Below the pieces are notes generated by a model that made no database searches, had not been told where the DNA came from, and saw only the letters and a program-made list of their open reading frames with translations. From Macrostomum hystrix (lineage: Eukaryota > Animalia > Platyhelminthes), in contig CATNEN010000029.1 in the NCBI GenBank assembly GCA_950097015.1, positions 3,906,001 through 3,970,000 of the forward strand: a stretch of 64,000 nucleotides of DNA, in the 5' to 3' direction. Shown in pieces: positions 1 through 10,904 of this stretch (position 1 is its first letter; the number at the start of each line of letters is the position of its first letter). The position numbers were made by a program, and so were the translations under genes.

Positions 1-1120
1 TCAGCTCAAGGATGTGCTTGGGCAGAGCATTTCGGCCACCACAGTCTGGCACAGTCGACTCAATGACCGTGTGGATGGCTTTTGTGATGAGCTCGACCTC
101 GGCGTCGATTTGCTGAGCACTCGATAGGCGAGTCGGCTGTTCAGGAAGAAGGGCTTCACTGATCTTCAGCCTGAACTGATCCCAGTCGGTTTTGGAAAAG
201 TTTTTCGGCTTAGCGGGACCTGCCCACTTTGCCGACTGAATGTTGAGGGTGAGGATGATTGGCAGGTGGTCGCTGTCCAGGTCGGGACCGACTGCAAAGT
301 CCTGCACAAAGGGCAGAAAGTCCTCCGTGGCCAGGCCGAGGTCCAAGACATTCCTGGAAGTGACGCCATTCTTGGTGGCGATTCTGGTGAACTGGCCAAC
401 TTGATTGAGGATGGTGGGCGAGGCCAGACCTTCAGAGAGCCAGTCGTACAGCTCATGGCCAGCCCTGTTGTTGCTGCTGTCACCGCCAAGGAAGCGGTGT
501 CTGGCATTGAGGTCGCCAAGGAGAACACTGCGTCTGCGCGAGACCAGGCTCTTGAGCAGGTTCAGGTTCAGGTGGTAAGGTGCCGGAGACCTGTACACCA
601 GAGCCAGATTAAAGTCGGCACCGTGGGAGTTGTCAGACAGGCAGACAGTGCAGGAGATGGCTTCATGGTTCACATTGTCGTAGTGCAAGCGAACATTTGT
701 GAGTTTCACGCGCGGTGAGTGAGCAAGGAGCAGGCCGCGTCTGACATGCGGAGTGTCGTACCGGATGATGGAGTAGCCAGGGATCTGGACCGTGTGCGAA
801 CTCTTGAGAATGGTTTCAGAGAAGAGAGCAATGTCTATCTCTTGACTAATGACCCATTGGGTGAGTTCTCTGCTTTTCGGGTGAAACCCTCTGCAGTTGA
901 GGTGCATAATTTTCAGACCCGTTGTCTGGGTAATAGGGTTCCCATTTAAATTGAGGAATTTACAGTTTTCTGGTTTAGCTGCCTGGGCCCACGACCACGG
1001 TGGCGGTGGAGGCCATGCCAGACACGTCCTGGAGGACAGCCCGCACAATGTCCTCAACCATTTTACTGGTCGATTCCACTGTGAGGAGCTCACCAGGCGG
1101 CCTGGACAGGGCCCGCACAA
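1..1120 (-). CDS. ORF2 of copy 1, N-terminal part (APE endonuclease), running off the window
   Basis: Same sequence as ORF2 in copy 4 (KIMHLNCRG, IALFSET, LLGDLNA, SDHLPI). First in-frame ATG at 907. Confidence 0.88.
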   Translation of the reverse strand, partial: MCGPCPGRLVSSSQWNRPVKWLRTLCGLSSRTCLAWPPPPPWSWAQAAKPENCKFLNLNGNPITQTTGLKIMHLNCRGFHPKSRELTQWVISQEIDIALFSETILKSSHTVQIPGYSIIRYDTPHVRRGLLLAHSPRVKLTNVRLHYDNVNHEAISCTVCLSDNSHGADFNLALVYRSPAPYHLNLNLLKSLVSRRRSVLLGDLNARHRFLGGDSSNNRAGHELYDWLSEGLASPTILNQVGQFTRIATKNGVTSRNVLDLGLATEDFLPFVQDFAVGPDLDSDHLPIILTLNIQSAKWAGPAKPKNFSKTDWDQFRLKISEALLPEQPTRLSSAQQIDAEVELITKAIHTVIESTVPDCGGRNALPKHILEL

Positions 1121-3743
1121 TCACCTGGGTCAGAGAGCGGGTGATCAGGGGCAACAGCATGCTCACCATCTGCTTCAAGTCAGTCTGCTGCTGCTGCTGT
1201 GGCTCACTGCCAGCGTCCAGGGAGGGTGCAGCCTCATTGGCGCTCGTGCACCTGGTGCTGACAGTCTCGGCAGCCGGTCGGCTCCTGGCATCATCGTTGC
1301 TGATGAACAGCGGCCGGATGGCGGCATTGACGGGCACGTTGCGGCGGCCTTGGCGCATCAGCCAGCCACTGTCCGAAGCGTCGGACACGTCGGCGGGCGC
1401 ACTCGAGGCAGGCGGAGCATCCGTAGCCGCGGCTTCCGCAGCTCGCGCCGCAGCAGCTTTGGCCTCAGCTGCCGCCTTCGTCGCCTTGGCGTGCTCCTCC
1501 TGCGCAACAGTGCAGGCTCGGCTGGTCGTGCGGTGCTGACCACCGCAGTTGGAGCATGTCGCCGGGCCTTCGTGCTGGCAGTCCTTCCAGGCATGCGAGC
1601 CGCCGCAGATTCGGCATCGCAGCTCCACCTGGCACTGAGCTGCACGGTGGCCGAACTGCTGGCAGCGCTGGCACTGCAGGGCGCGGACCGGCTCGTCGGT
1701 GCGGCTCTCTTCGCAGCTGAACTTCAGAAAGTCAGTGCAGATGCCTTCGCGAAGGCACTAGTCGAATGTCGCTCTCGACTTCGTAAAGATGCGCATGTAC
1801 CGGGTGGCCTGCCCGGATGCTCGCGCACGGATCCGATGCACACTCGTGATGTCGAGCTTCAGGGACTCGCGGAGCATGCTGGCGAATTCGGCTTCCGTGA
1901 AGGAAAACGGCACGTCGAGCGCCACAAAGGTGAGCAGTGGCTGCTGCCGTACTCTGTCAGCGCCAGTCCGGTTGTCCAGCGGCCGTGATCGTGCTGGTCG
2001 ACGCTCGACACGGTGTCCGAGGAGGCTGTCCTGACGCAGAGCACCGCCTAGGAAGACGTTGTAATCCCGCTCAGTGGCCGGGAATACTAGGTAGGCGGGC
2101 TGATTGGCCATTTCGGCTGTGTTGACGGCACGGGCATCGCCGGCAAAGTTGGCCTGCAGCCAGGTGATGAAGGCCACCAGCTTGCCCGCCGCGTTTCGGT
2201 GCACTTCAAAGACCACCGGTGGAATGGCAGCCTGGGGTCTTCGCAATGGAGCGCGGGCCGAAGCCACCTGCGCATAGGGCCGCGCTGTCGCAGCCTGGGT
2301 CGTTGAAGCAGCCGCCGCTGCCGCCGCCGCCGACGCCGCCGACGAACCCGTCACCGCGGTCGCCGACGCTGCCGCCGCACCAGCCGCCGCACCTCGGCCG
2401 CCGCCGCCACCTCGCGTGCCTCGCTGTCTGCCGCCGCCGCCACCGCGGCTGCCTCGCTGCTGACCGCCGCCGCCGCGCTGACCACGTGCGCCGCGCTGAC
2501 CGCCGCCGCCGCGCTCTGCCTGCTGGTCCTGGGGCTGGCCTGGGTTGCCTTGCCGGTCGCCGAAGGGACCGCAGTCCAGTGGCTGGCTGTAGGTTGGGTC
2601 GTCGGTCGCCGCCCTCTTGCGCCGCAGCTCCGGCTTGGTGACGCGGAACGTCAGTGAGATGCGGACGCCGGTCTGGGTGCGAACTGCAGGCACCTGATGC
2701 TGCAGCCGCTTTTGACAATTGCCTCCCATGAGGATCAGCGATCCCGGGAGCGTCTGAAATCGATGCGTGACGTTTCCGTCACGTCGACGCAACATAAAAG
2801 TGCGCTCAGCGCCGAACGACACTGTAGCGATGGTCGGCTTGTCGCCGAGCTCCTCCTCGTCATCCGCATGCCACGGAATCCGGTCCTCCGGCTCGGTGTA
2901 GAAGTTCACCAGAACGGAGTTGAACTTCGGGACCTCGAGCCCAGCATCGTCGTAAAGGAAGTCACGAATGTCTTCGATTACTGGATGCCAGGTTTGATTT
3001 TCCTTCAGCTCAACCCCGCTGTAGGTGTACGCCGGGCCGATCCAGAAGACACGGCGCTGCTCGTGCGGGCGATGACGGAAGGCGAGTGGGAGCACGTCTG
3101 CCATCAGGCGCTGGTATATTTGGTCAGCGACCTCGCCAAGAAAGTAGGGCGCGTAGACGATGGTGCAGTCGCCCGCGTAGGTCGTCTGCTGGCACTCGCT
3201 GAAGTCCGGCTCGTCAGGGAAGACGATCTGCGAGATGTCGGCGTCTGACTGTGCAGCGGTGGGCTTCGGAATTGTCGTCTGGGCAATAGCAGCCGACTCG
3301 GATGCCGTTGGCGCTGGCGCAGGTGCTGCCGCAGCCTCAGTCTGTTGAGCAGCCGTCTCGGCTGCCTCGGCTTCATCGACGGACATTCTGTCGGCCGTCT
3401 CGTTTGAGTCCGCAGTCGCGGGGGCCGCAGTCACTGCTGGAGGCTCGTCTTCGACGATGACAAGCCGACCTTCTGGTGGGCTGAACGAGCCGCGGTCTTG
3501 GGCGCTGTTGGCCGGTTCTGAGGTCTCGCTGGCCGGCGTCGGAGTCGACATCAGCGCTGTCGCGACCTTCGGCTGCAGCTTGCGACTGGCGTCTTCGGTG
3601 CGGCCGTACCGATGCTCGAGCGAGGGGCGGCCGTCGTGTTTTTTTGAAGTTGTGGCGCGATTCGCAGCCATATGGCGTGATTTCTCACTGGTGCAAGGTA
3701 AACAAAATAAGCAAAGGGGGCAGGTGGCACACAAAGAGCGCAC
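975..3743 (-). pseudogene. ORF1 of copy 1 (AlkB + gag-like CCHC) with an in-frame TAG at 1758-1760
   Basis: ORFs 1758..3743 and 975..1628 are in the same frame. Plus-strand 'cta' at 1758-1760 versus 'ctg' (CAG, Gln) in copies 2 and 4. Confidence 0.85.
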
Positions 3744-4636
3744 TCAAGGGAGGGGGTGGGGGACTGCTAGACTAAAACTAAAACTAAAACTACAAGTACA
3801 GGGGGAGAGAGAGACTGCAAAAATAAAACTAAAACAGGTGAGAATGAACAAGGAGCACTATAGGGAGCTTACTGGTGTACTTTAAAAGTACCCCCTTCTA
3901 GGAATGGGGTTGCACAAATCAAGGAACACTCAATGAATGTACCTCTCCACGGAAATCTTTGTTGTTAAAACGAATTCCCCGAAGTACTGGGGAGCGGGTC
4001 AGTTCCGAGGAACTCTGCCGCTATATTTTTTAATATATTTAATCGAAATTTATTTAAAATATACAAGCGTTTCGATCTGGATTATACGAATATTGAAAAT
4101 AAAAATAAAACAATAAAACAATAATTCAATATTTGGCAATATTTGGGCACGCATTGGAAGATAAAAGGGGAGAAATATACAAAGGGAATCCCGCACAAAG
4201 AAGGGATCTAATAAAAAAGGGAAATCTAAAAGGCATGCATGCAAGATATTTGTGAGCGCAATTAAAAGCAATTAGAATATTTGTTAGCAAAAATAGAAAA
4301 TAAAAATAGTAAATTAAACCATGAAATGCGAATTAAAAACATTTCTAGGCAATGCGGTACATATTACGTATAAAAATAGGCAAAAGTAAAAAGAAAGGAT
4401 TTATTTGGGAATTAAAAACTCTGGTGTGTAAAGAGCTAGCAGTTTATGAGCAAATAGCAACATAACAAAAGCAAAAAGTACTTTTTAGGCAATAAAATCA
4501 CGTTAATCAGTTTGAAAAAACGTAAAGAATATAATATCATAGCAGCTGAGCACTGCTCACCAGCCCTCTTGAGCTCAGGCAGCTATTTGAGTTTCATTTT
4601 GGTTTTTCTTTCAGGGCCATAGTTGTCAGAGACTGC

Positions 4637-7600
4637 TCAACCCTGGATTTGGAGTCGGTTCTGCCTGTTGATTTGTCCCCGCCTCAGGGTAGCCCACAGG
4701 ACATTGAGGATGGGGACTCGGCCCGGAGCGCGAGGAAGCTCCGGCTCGATGTGGAAGCCGTGCAGCCGAGCTGCTCTCATCTTGAGCAGCCAGGCCACAC
4801 CGAGCTGTTTGACTCTGGCTGAGAGCATTGGCATGCCGGCCATTTTGTGAAGGTACTCGGTGCTCAGGTAGGAAGGCACACCGTAGCAGATTCGCAGAGC
4901 AAGGTTCTGGATCTTTTGTAGCTTGATCTGGTTAGTGACGCAGATCAGAGTCAAGATTGGGGCGCCGTAGGTGAGAGCGCTCTCACCGTAGGCCCTGTAC
5001 AGCATCTTGAGAGTGACGCTGCTCAGTTTGGTGATCTTGGCGATGCGGCACAGGGACATGACAATGGCCCTGCACGTGTTCGCCATGTTGTCGACGTGTT
5101 TGTTCAAACAAAGATTGGCGTCGAGGAGGACACCTAGAAATTTCACTTCCTGACAGTAGGGGACCTCCGTCTGTCCCAGCTGCAGTTTGGGTCGCAAGTC
5201 GGCGCGAGCTGTCGGCTTGTAGTTGAAGGCGATGGCCTTGCTCTTGTCGGCATTCAGTCTGATGCCTTGCTTTCCGCACCACTCCCAGACTTGTCTGAGG
5301 TAGCTCTGGAGGCATGTCCGCAGACCAGCAAAGGTGTCTGCGGAGGCCCAGATGGCCATGTCGTCAGCAAATTGACTGCGTTTCACGTTTGGATTTTCAG
5401 GAATCGGCATTGTGCTGACGTACAGCAGGTACAGGAGAGGACTCAAGATGCCTCCCTGAGGTACGCCAGCTAGGATTCTGATCAGCTCACTGAGCGAGTT
5501 GTTGACTCGCACCTGGATGTACCTGTTCCTGAGGTAGTCAGACAGGATGCGCGTCAGCATCGAAGGAAAGCCAGCGTTGAGCATGCGGCTCCTGAGCATG
5601 TCGTGCCAGGCAGAGTCAAAGGCCGCCTCTACATCAAGGAAGACTGCAGCGGCCCTCTTTGCTTTGCACTTTGCGACCATCATGTCCTGCACCAGTCGGC
5701 ACAGGTTGTCGTAGGTGGAGTGGACTTTGCGATAAGCGCATTGGTCATCGCCAAGAATGTTCTTGTCCTCAAGGAATTTGGAGAGTCTCTTGGCAATCAG
5801 CTTCTCAAACACCTTGCCTAAGCAAGAGGTCAGGCTGATTGGCCTGTACGAGTTTGGATTGTCTGGCGGTTTGTCAGGCTTCGGGATCATTGTCACCACA
5901 GCTTTCTTCCAAGCGCTGGGGAAGATCCCTTGACTGAAGCAGGCGTTAAAGAGTCTGGTGATCCTGGTGATCGCCACGCCTTCAAGGCCGAGTTTGAGCA
6001 CTCGATTGGGAATCTTATCCAGCCCGGGTGCTCCATCAGGCTTGAGGTGCTCAAGCTCCCACACTGTGTCGGCTACAGTGAATGCGGCTTCAAGCGGGTG
6101 AGTGGCGATGCCATTGATGTCGGCCGGAATCGGATAGAAGGCGATGAACTTGGCCACTTCGGCCACCTCCTGTTTGAGCTGCTCGCAAGTGGATGGGACT
6201 GGGCGCATCTTTGAGTCCAGAGTGGCAGCGAGAAGGTTCGCTTTCTCCAGATCAGTGTGCGCACTGGTTTGACCCGAAGTGAGGGTTGGGATGGAGCTGG
6301 GCTTGAACTTGCCCATCAGCTTCCTGGTGTCATGCCAGAAGTTCTTGACCTTGCTGTTCTTGCTGTTCTCGACAACATTCTCACACAGCTTGGTGAGCTT
6401 GCCGCTCTGGAAGGAAGTGATTTCCCTTTTGATCCTGTTGGCCATTTGGTTGGCCAGCCTTTTAAAGTTTTCATCCCGGGTGCTGTTGAAGAGGCGTCTG
6501 AGTCGTCGGCGCTCTTTGATCAGCTCAAGGATGTGCTTGGGCAGAGCATTTCGGCCACCACAGTCTGGCACAGTCGACTCAATGACCGTGTGGATGGCCT
6601 TTGTGATGAGCTCGACCTCGGCGTCGATTTGCTGAGCACTCGATAGGCGAGTCGGCTGGTCAGGAAGAAGGGCTTCACTGATCTTCAGCCTGAACTGATC
6701 CCAGTCGGTTTTGGAAAAGTTTTTCGGCTTAGCGGGACCTGCCCACTTTGCCGAATGACTGTTGAGGGTGAGGATGATTGGCAGGTGGTCGCTGTCCAGG
6801 TCAGGACCGACTGCAAAGTCCTGCACAAAGGGCAGAAAGTCCTCCGTGGCCAGGCCGAGGTCCAAGACATTCCTGGAAGTGACGCCATTCTTGGTGGCGA
6901 TTCTGGTGAACTGGCCAACTTGATTGAGGATGGTGGGCGAGGTCGGACCTTCAGAGAGCCAGTCGTACAGCTCATGGCCAGCCCTGTTGTTGCTGCTGTC
7001 ACCGCCAAGGAAGCGATGTCTGGCATTGAGGTCGCCAAGGAGAACACTACGTCTGCGCGAGACCAGGCTCTTGAGCAGGTTCAGGTTCAGGTGGTAAGGT
7101 GCCGGAGACCTGTACACCAGAGCCAGATTAAAGTCGGCACCGTGAGAGTTGTCAGACAGGCTGACGGTGCAGGAGATGGCTTCATGGTTCACATTGTCGT
7201 AGTGCAAGCGAACATTTGTGAGTTTCACGCGCGGTGAGTGAGCAAGGAGCAGGCCGCGTCTGACATGCGGAGTGTCGTACCGGATGATGGAGTAGCCAGG
7301 GATCTGGACCGTGTGCGAACTCTTGAGAATGGTTTCAGAGAAGAGAGCAATGTCTATCTCTTGACTAATGACCCATTGGGTGAGTTCTCTGCTTTTCGGG
7401 TGAAACCCTCTGCAGTTGAGGTGCATAATTTTCAGACCCGTTGTCTGGGTATTAGGGTTCCCATTTAAATTGAGGAATTTACAGTTTTCTGGTTTAGCTG
7501 CCTGGGCCCACGACCACGGTGGCGGTGGAGGCCATGCCAGACACGTCCTGGAGGACAGCCCGCACAATGTCCTCAACCATTTTACTGGTCGATTCCACTG

Positions 7601-7639
7601 TGAGGAGCTCACCAGGCGGCCTGGACAGGGCCCGCACAA
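4637..7639 (-). CDS. ORF2: APE endonuclease + reverse transcriptase
   Basis: APE motifs: HLNCRG, FSET, VYRSP, GDLNA, VLDL, SDH. RT motifs: PGLDKI, YRPISLTSCLGKVFEK, FLDVEAAFDS, GVPQGGILSPLLY, QFADD, KFLGVLLD. No RNase H recognised. First ATG at 7426 (929 aa from there). Confidence 0.96.
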   Translation of the reverse strand: MCGPCPGRLVSSSQWNRPVKWLRTLCGLSSRTCLAWPPPPPWSWAQAAKPENCKFLNLNGNPNTQTTGLKIMHLNCRGFHPKSRELTQWVISQEIDIALFSETILKSSHTVQIPGYSIIRYDTPHVRRGLLLAHSPRVKLTNVRLHYDNVNHEAISCTVSLSDNSHGADFNLALVYRSPAPYHLNLNLLKSLVSRRRSVLLGDLNARHRFLGGDSSNNRAGHELYDWLSEGPTSPTILNQVGQFTRIATKNGVTSRNVLDLGLATEDFLPFVQDFAVGPDLDSDHLPIILTLNSHSAKWAGPAKPKNFSKTDWDQFRLKISEALLPDQPTRLSSAQQIDAEVELITKAIHTVIESTVPDCGGRNALPKHILELIKERRRLRRLFNSTRDENFKRLANQMANRIKREITSFQSGKLTKLCENVVENSKNSKVKNFWHDTRKLMGKFKPSSIPTLTSGQTSAHTDLEKANLLAATLDSKMRPVPSTCEQLKQEVAEVAKFIAFYPIPADINGIATHPLEAAFTVADTVWELEHLKPDGAPGLDKIPNRVLKLGLEGVAITRITRLFNACFSQGIFPSAWKKAVVTMIPKPDKPPDNPNSYRPISLTSCLGKVFEKLIAKRLSKFLEDKNILGDDQCAYRKVHSTYDNLCRLVQDMMVAKCKAKRAAAVFLDVEAAFDSAWHDMLRSRMLNAGFPSMLTRILSDYLRNRYIQVRVNNSLSELIRILAGVPQGGILSPLLYLLYVSTMPIPENPNVKRSQFADDMAIWASADTFAGLRTCLQSYLRQVWEWCGKQGIRLNADKSKAIAFNYKPTARADLRPKLQLGQTEVPYCQEVKFLGVLLDANLCLNKHVDNMANTCRAIVMSLCRIAKITKLSSVTLKMLYRAYGESALTYGAPILTLICVTNQIKLQKIQNLALRICYGVPSYLSTEYLHKMAGMPMLSARVKQLGVAWLLKMRAARLHGFHIEPELPRAPGRVPILNVLWATLRRGQINRQNRLQIQG

Positions 7640-10259
7640 TCACCTGGGTCAGAGAGCGGGTGATCAGGGGCAACAGCATGCTCACCATCTGCTTCAAGTC
7701 AGTCTGCTGCTGCTGCTGCTGCTGCTGTGGCTCACTGCCCGCGTCCAGGGAGGGTGCAGCCTCATTGGCGCTCGTGCACCTGGCGCTGACAGTCTCGGCA
7801 GCCGGTCGGCTCCTGGCATCATCGTTGCTGATGAACAGCGGCCGGATGGCGGCATTGACGGGCACGTTGCGGCGGCCTTGGCGCATCAGCCAGCCACTGT
7901 CCGAAGCGTCGGACATGTCGGCGGGCGCACTCGAGGCAGGCGGAGCATCCGTAGCCGCGGCTTCCGCAGCTCGCGCCGCAGCAGCTTTGGCCTCAGCTGC
8001 CGCCTTCGTCGCCTTGGCGTGCTCCTCCTGCGCAACAGTGCAGGCTCGGCTGGTCGTGCGGTGCTGACCACCGCAGTTGGAGCATGTCGCCGGGCCTTCG
8101 TGCTGGCAGTCCTTCCAGGCATGCGAGCCGCCGCAGATTCGGCATCGCAGCTCCGCCTGGCACTGGGCCGCACGGTGGCCAAACTGCTGGCAGCGCTGGC
8201 ACTGCAGGGCGCGGACCGGCTCGTCGGTGCGGCTCTCTTCGCAGCTGAACTTCAGAAAGTCAGTGCAGATGCCTTCGCGAAGGCACTGGTCGAATGTGGC
8301 TCTCGACTTCGTAAAGATGCGCATGTACCGGGTGGCCTGCCCGGATGTTCGCGCACGGATCCGATGCACACTAGTGATGTCGAGCTTCAAGGACTCGCGG
8401 AGCATGCTGGCGAATTCGGCCTCCGTGAAGGAAAACGGCACGTCGAGCGCTACAAAGGTGAGTAGTGGCTGCTGCCGTACTCTGTCAGCGCCAGTCCGGT
8501 TGTCCAGCGGCCGTGATCGTGCTGGTCGACGCTCGACACGGTGTCCGAGGAGGCTGTCCTGACGCAGAGCACCGCCTAGGAAGACGTTGTAATCCCGCTC
8601 AGTGGCCGGGAATACTAGGTAGGCGGGCTGATTGGCCATCTCGGCTGTGTTGACGGCACGGGCATCGCCGGCAAAGTTGGCCTGCAGCCAGGTGATGAAG
8701 GCCACCAGCTTGCCCGCCGCGTTTCGGTGCACTTCAAAGACCACCGGTGGAATGGCAGCCTGGGGTCTTCGCAATGGAGCGCGGGCCGAAGCCACCTGCG
8801 CATAGGGCCGCGCTGTCGCAGCCTGGGTCGTTGAAGCCGCCGCCGCCGACGCCGCCGACGAACCCGTCACCGCGTTCGCCGACGCTGCCGCCGCACCAGC
8901 CGCCGCACCTCGGCCGCCGCCGCCACCTCGCGTGCCTCGCTGTCTGCCGCCGCCGCCACCGCGGCTGCCTCGCTGCTGACCGCCGCCGCCGCGCTGACCA
9001 CCGCCGCCGCGCTGACCACCGCCGCCTCGCTCTGCCTGCTGGTCCTGGGGCTGGCCTGGGTTGCCTTGCCGGTCGCTGAAGGGACCGCAGTCCAGTGGCT
9101 GGCTGTAGGTCGGGTCGTCGGGCGCCACCCTCTTGCGCCGCAGCTCCGGTTTGGTGACGCGGAACGTCAGCGAAATGCGGACGCCGGTCTGAGTGCGAGC
9201 TGCAGGCACCTGATGCTGCAGCCGCTTCTGGCAGTTACCTCCCATGAGGATCAGCGATCCAGGGAGCGTCGGAAATCGGTGCGTGACGTTGCCGTCACGT
9301 CGACGCAACATAAAAGTGCGCTCAGCGCCAAACGACACTGTCGCTATAGTCGGCTTGTCGCCGAGCTCCTCCTCGTCATCCGCATGCCACGGAATCCGGT
9401 CTTCTGGCTCGGTGTAGAAGTTCACCAGAACGGAGTTGAACTTCGGGACCTCGAGCCCGGCATCGTCGTAAAGGAAGTCACGAATGTCTTCGATTACTGG
9501 ATGCCAGGTTTGATTTTCCTTCAGCTCAACCCCGCTGTAGGTGTACGCCGGGCCGATCCAGAAGACACGGCGCTGCTCGTGCGGGCGATGACGAAAGGCG
9601 AGTGGGAGCACGTCTGCCATCAGGCGCTGGTATATTTGGTCAGCGACCTCGCCAAGAAAGTAGGGCGCGTAGACGATGGTGCAGTCGCCCGCGTAGGTCG
9701 TCTGCTGGCACTCGCTGAAGTCCGGCTCGTCAGGGAAGACGATCTGCGAGATGTCGGCGTCTGACTGTGCAGCGGTGGGCTTCGGAATTGTCGTCTGGGC
9801 ACTCGCAGCCGACTCGGATGCTGTTGGCGCTGGCGCAGGTGCTGCCGCAGCCTCAGTCTGTTGAGCAGCCGTCTCGGCTGCCTCGGCTTCATCGACGGAC
9901 ATTCTGTCGGCCGTCTCGTTTGAGTCCGCAGTCGCGGGGGCCGCAGTCACTGCTGGAGGCTCGTCTTCGACGATGACAAGCCGACCTTCTGGTGGGCTGA
10001 ACGAGCCGCGGTCTTGGGCGCTGTTGGCCGGTTCTGAGGTCTCGCTGGCCGGCGTCGGAGTCGACATCAGCGCTGTCGCGACCTTCGGCTGCAGCTTGCG
10101 ACTGGCGTCTTCGGTGCGGCCGTACCGATGCTCGAGCGAGGGGCGGCCGTCGTGTTTTTTTGAAGTTGTGGCGCGATTCGCAGCCATATGGCGTGATTTC
10201 TCACTGGTGCAAGGTAAACAAAATAAGCAAAGGGGGCAGGTGGCACACAAAGAGCGCAC
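7494..10259 (-). CDS. ORF1: AlkB-family dioxygenase + RGG linker + gag-like region with 3 CCHC knuckles
   Basis: AlkB motifs at 9150-9692: YTYSG, FNSVLVNFY, WHADDE, TVSFGAERTF, GSLILMGG, QHQVP, RISLTFR. Knuckles: CQRCQQFGHRAAQC, CRICGGSHAWKDC, CSNCGGQHRTTSRAC. First ATG (MAANR) at 10187. Confidence 0.93.
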   Translation of the reverse strand: MRSLCATCPLCLFCLPCTSEKSRHMAANRATTSKKHDGRPSLEHRYGRTEDASRKLQPKVATALMSTPTPASETSEPANSAQDRGSFSPPEGRLVIVEDEPPAVTAAPATADSNETADRMSVDEAEAAETAAQQTEAAAAPAPAPTASESAASAQTTIPKPTAAQSDADISQIVFPDEPDFSECQQTTYAGDCTIVYAPYFLGEVADQIYQRLMADVLPLAFRHRPHEQRRVFWIGPAYTYSGVELKENQTWHPVIEDIRDFLYDDAGLEVPKFNSVLVNFYTEPEDRIPWHADDEEELGDKPTIATVSFGAERTFMLRRRDGNVTHRFPTLPGSLILMGGNCQKRLQHQVPAARTQTGVRISLTFRVTKPELRRKRVAPDDPTYSQPLDCGPFSDRQGNPGQPQDQQAERGGGGQRGGGGQRGGGGQQRGSRGGGGGRQRGTRGGGGGRGAAAGAAAASANAVTGSSAASAAAASTTQAATARPYAQVASARAPLRRPQAAIPPVVFEVHRNAAGKLVAFITWLQANFAGDARAVNTAEMANQPAYLVFPATERDYNVFLGGALRQDSLLGHRVERRPARSRPLDNRTGADRVRQQPLLTFVALDVPFSFTEAEFASMLRESLKLDITSVHRIRARTSGQATRYMRIFTKSRATFDQCLREGICTDFLKFSCEESRTDEPVRALQCQRCQQFGHRAAQCQAELRCRICGGSHAWKDCQHEGPATCSNCGGQHRTTSRACTVAQEEHAKATKAAAEAKAAAARAAEAAATDAPPASSAPADMSDASDSGWLMRQGRRNVPVNAAIRPLFISNDDARSRPAAETVSARCTSANEAAPSLDAGSEPQQQQQQQQTDLKQMVSMLLPLITRSLTQVIVRALSRPPGELLTVESTSKMVEDIVRAVLQDVSGMASTATVVVGPGS

Positions 10260-10904
10260 TCAAGGGAGGGGGTGGGGGACTGCTAGACTAAAACTAAAAC
10301 TAAAACTACAAGTACAGGGGGAGAGAGAGACTGCAAAAATAAAACTAAAACAGGTGAGAATGAACAAGGAGCACTATAGGGAGCTTACTGGTGTACTTTA
10401 AAAGTACCCCCTTCTAGGAATGGGGTTGCACAAATCAAGGAACACTCAATGAATGTACCTCTCCACGGAAATCTTTGTTGTTAAAACGAATTCCCCGAAG
10501 TACTGGGGAGCGGGTCAGTTCCGAGGAACTCTGCCGCTATATTTTTTAATATATTTAATCGAAATTTATTAAAAATTTACAGCGATTCGATTTAGATTAT
10601 TTTATACGGATATCAAACATAGAAAGTAGTAAATTATTAGTAAATAAGTAAATAAATGGATAATTAATATTTAAATAAAAATATTAAATAATATAAAAGC
10701 TTGCAGTTTGTGAGCAAAGAGCAAAAGTGACAATACAGCCATTAGTACTCATAGGCAATAAAATATATTAAGTCAGTAGGAAAAAAGCGTAAAAAATGGA
10801 ATATTTGAGCAGCTGAGCACTGCTCACCAGCCCTCTTAAGCTCAGGCAGCTATATTTGAGTTTCATTTTGGTTTTCTTTCAGGGCCATAGGTGTCAGAGA
10901 CTGC

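Larger units (their letters stand above)
1..3954 (-). mobile_element. AlkB-carrying LINE, copy 1 (subfamily A; 3' part lies outside the window)
   Basis: Colinear with copy 4 at offset 19,293 (window position 1 = 19,294). Contains the 5' UTR, ORF1 and the APE part of ORF2. Confidence 0.93.
3955..10470 (-). mobile_element. AlkB-carrying LINE, copy 2 (subfamily A-like), full length, both ORFs intact
   Basis: 5' UTR of ~283 nt to the first ATG (10187), ORF1, ORF2, 682-nt AT-rich 3' UTR. Bounded on both sides by the junction ...CCACGGAA|ATCTTTGTTGTTAAAA (plus strand). Confidence 0.95.

Noticed and set aside
897-1988. Long antisense ORFs over the ORF1 C-terminus (363, 349, 363 and 326 aa in the different copies)
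   Set aside because: They start at TTG, have no recognisable domain, and are expected shadows of GC-rich Ala/Arg-rich coding. Their recurrence reflects copy identity, not independent conservation.
2634-3176. AlkB as a separate host gene adjacent to or nested in the LINE
   Set aside because: It is intronless, in frame with the zinc knuckles, and present at the same position in all five copies and both subfamilies.
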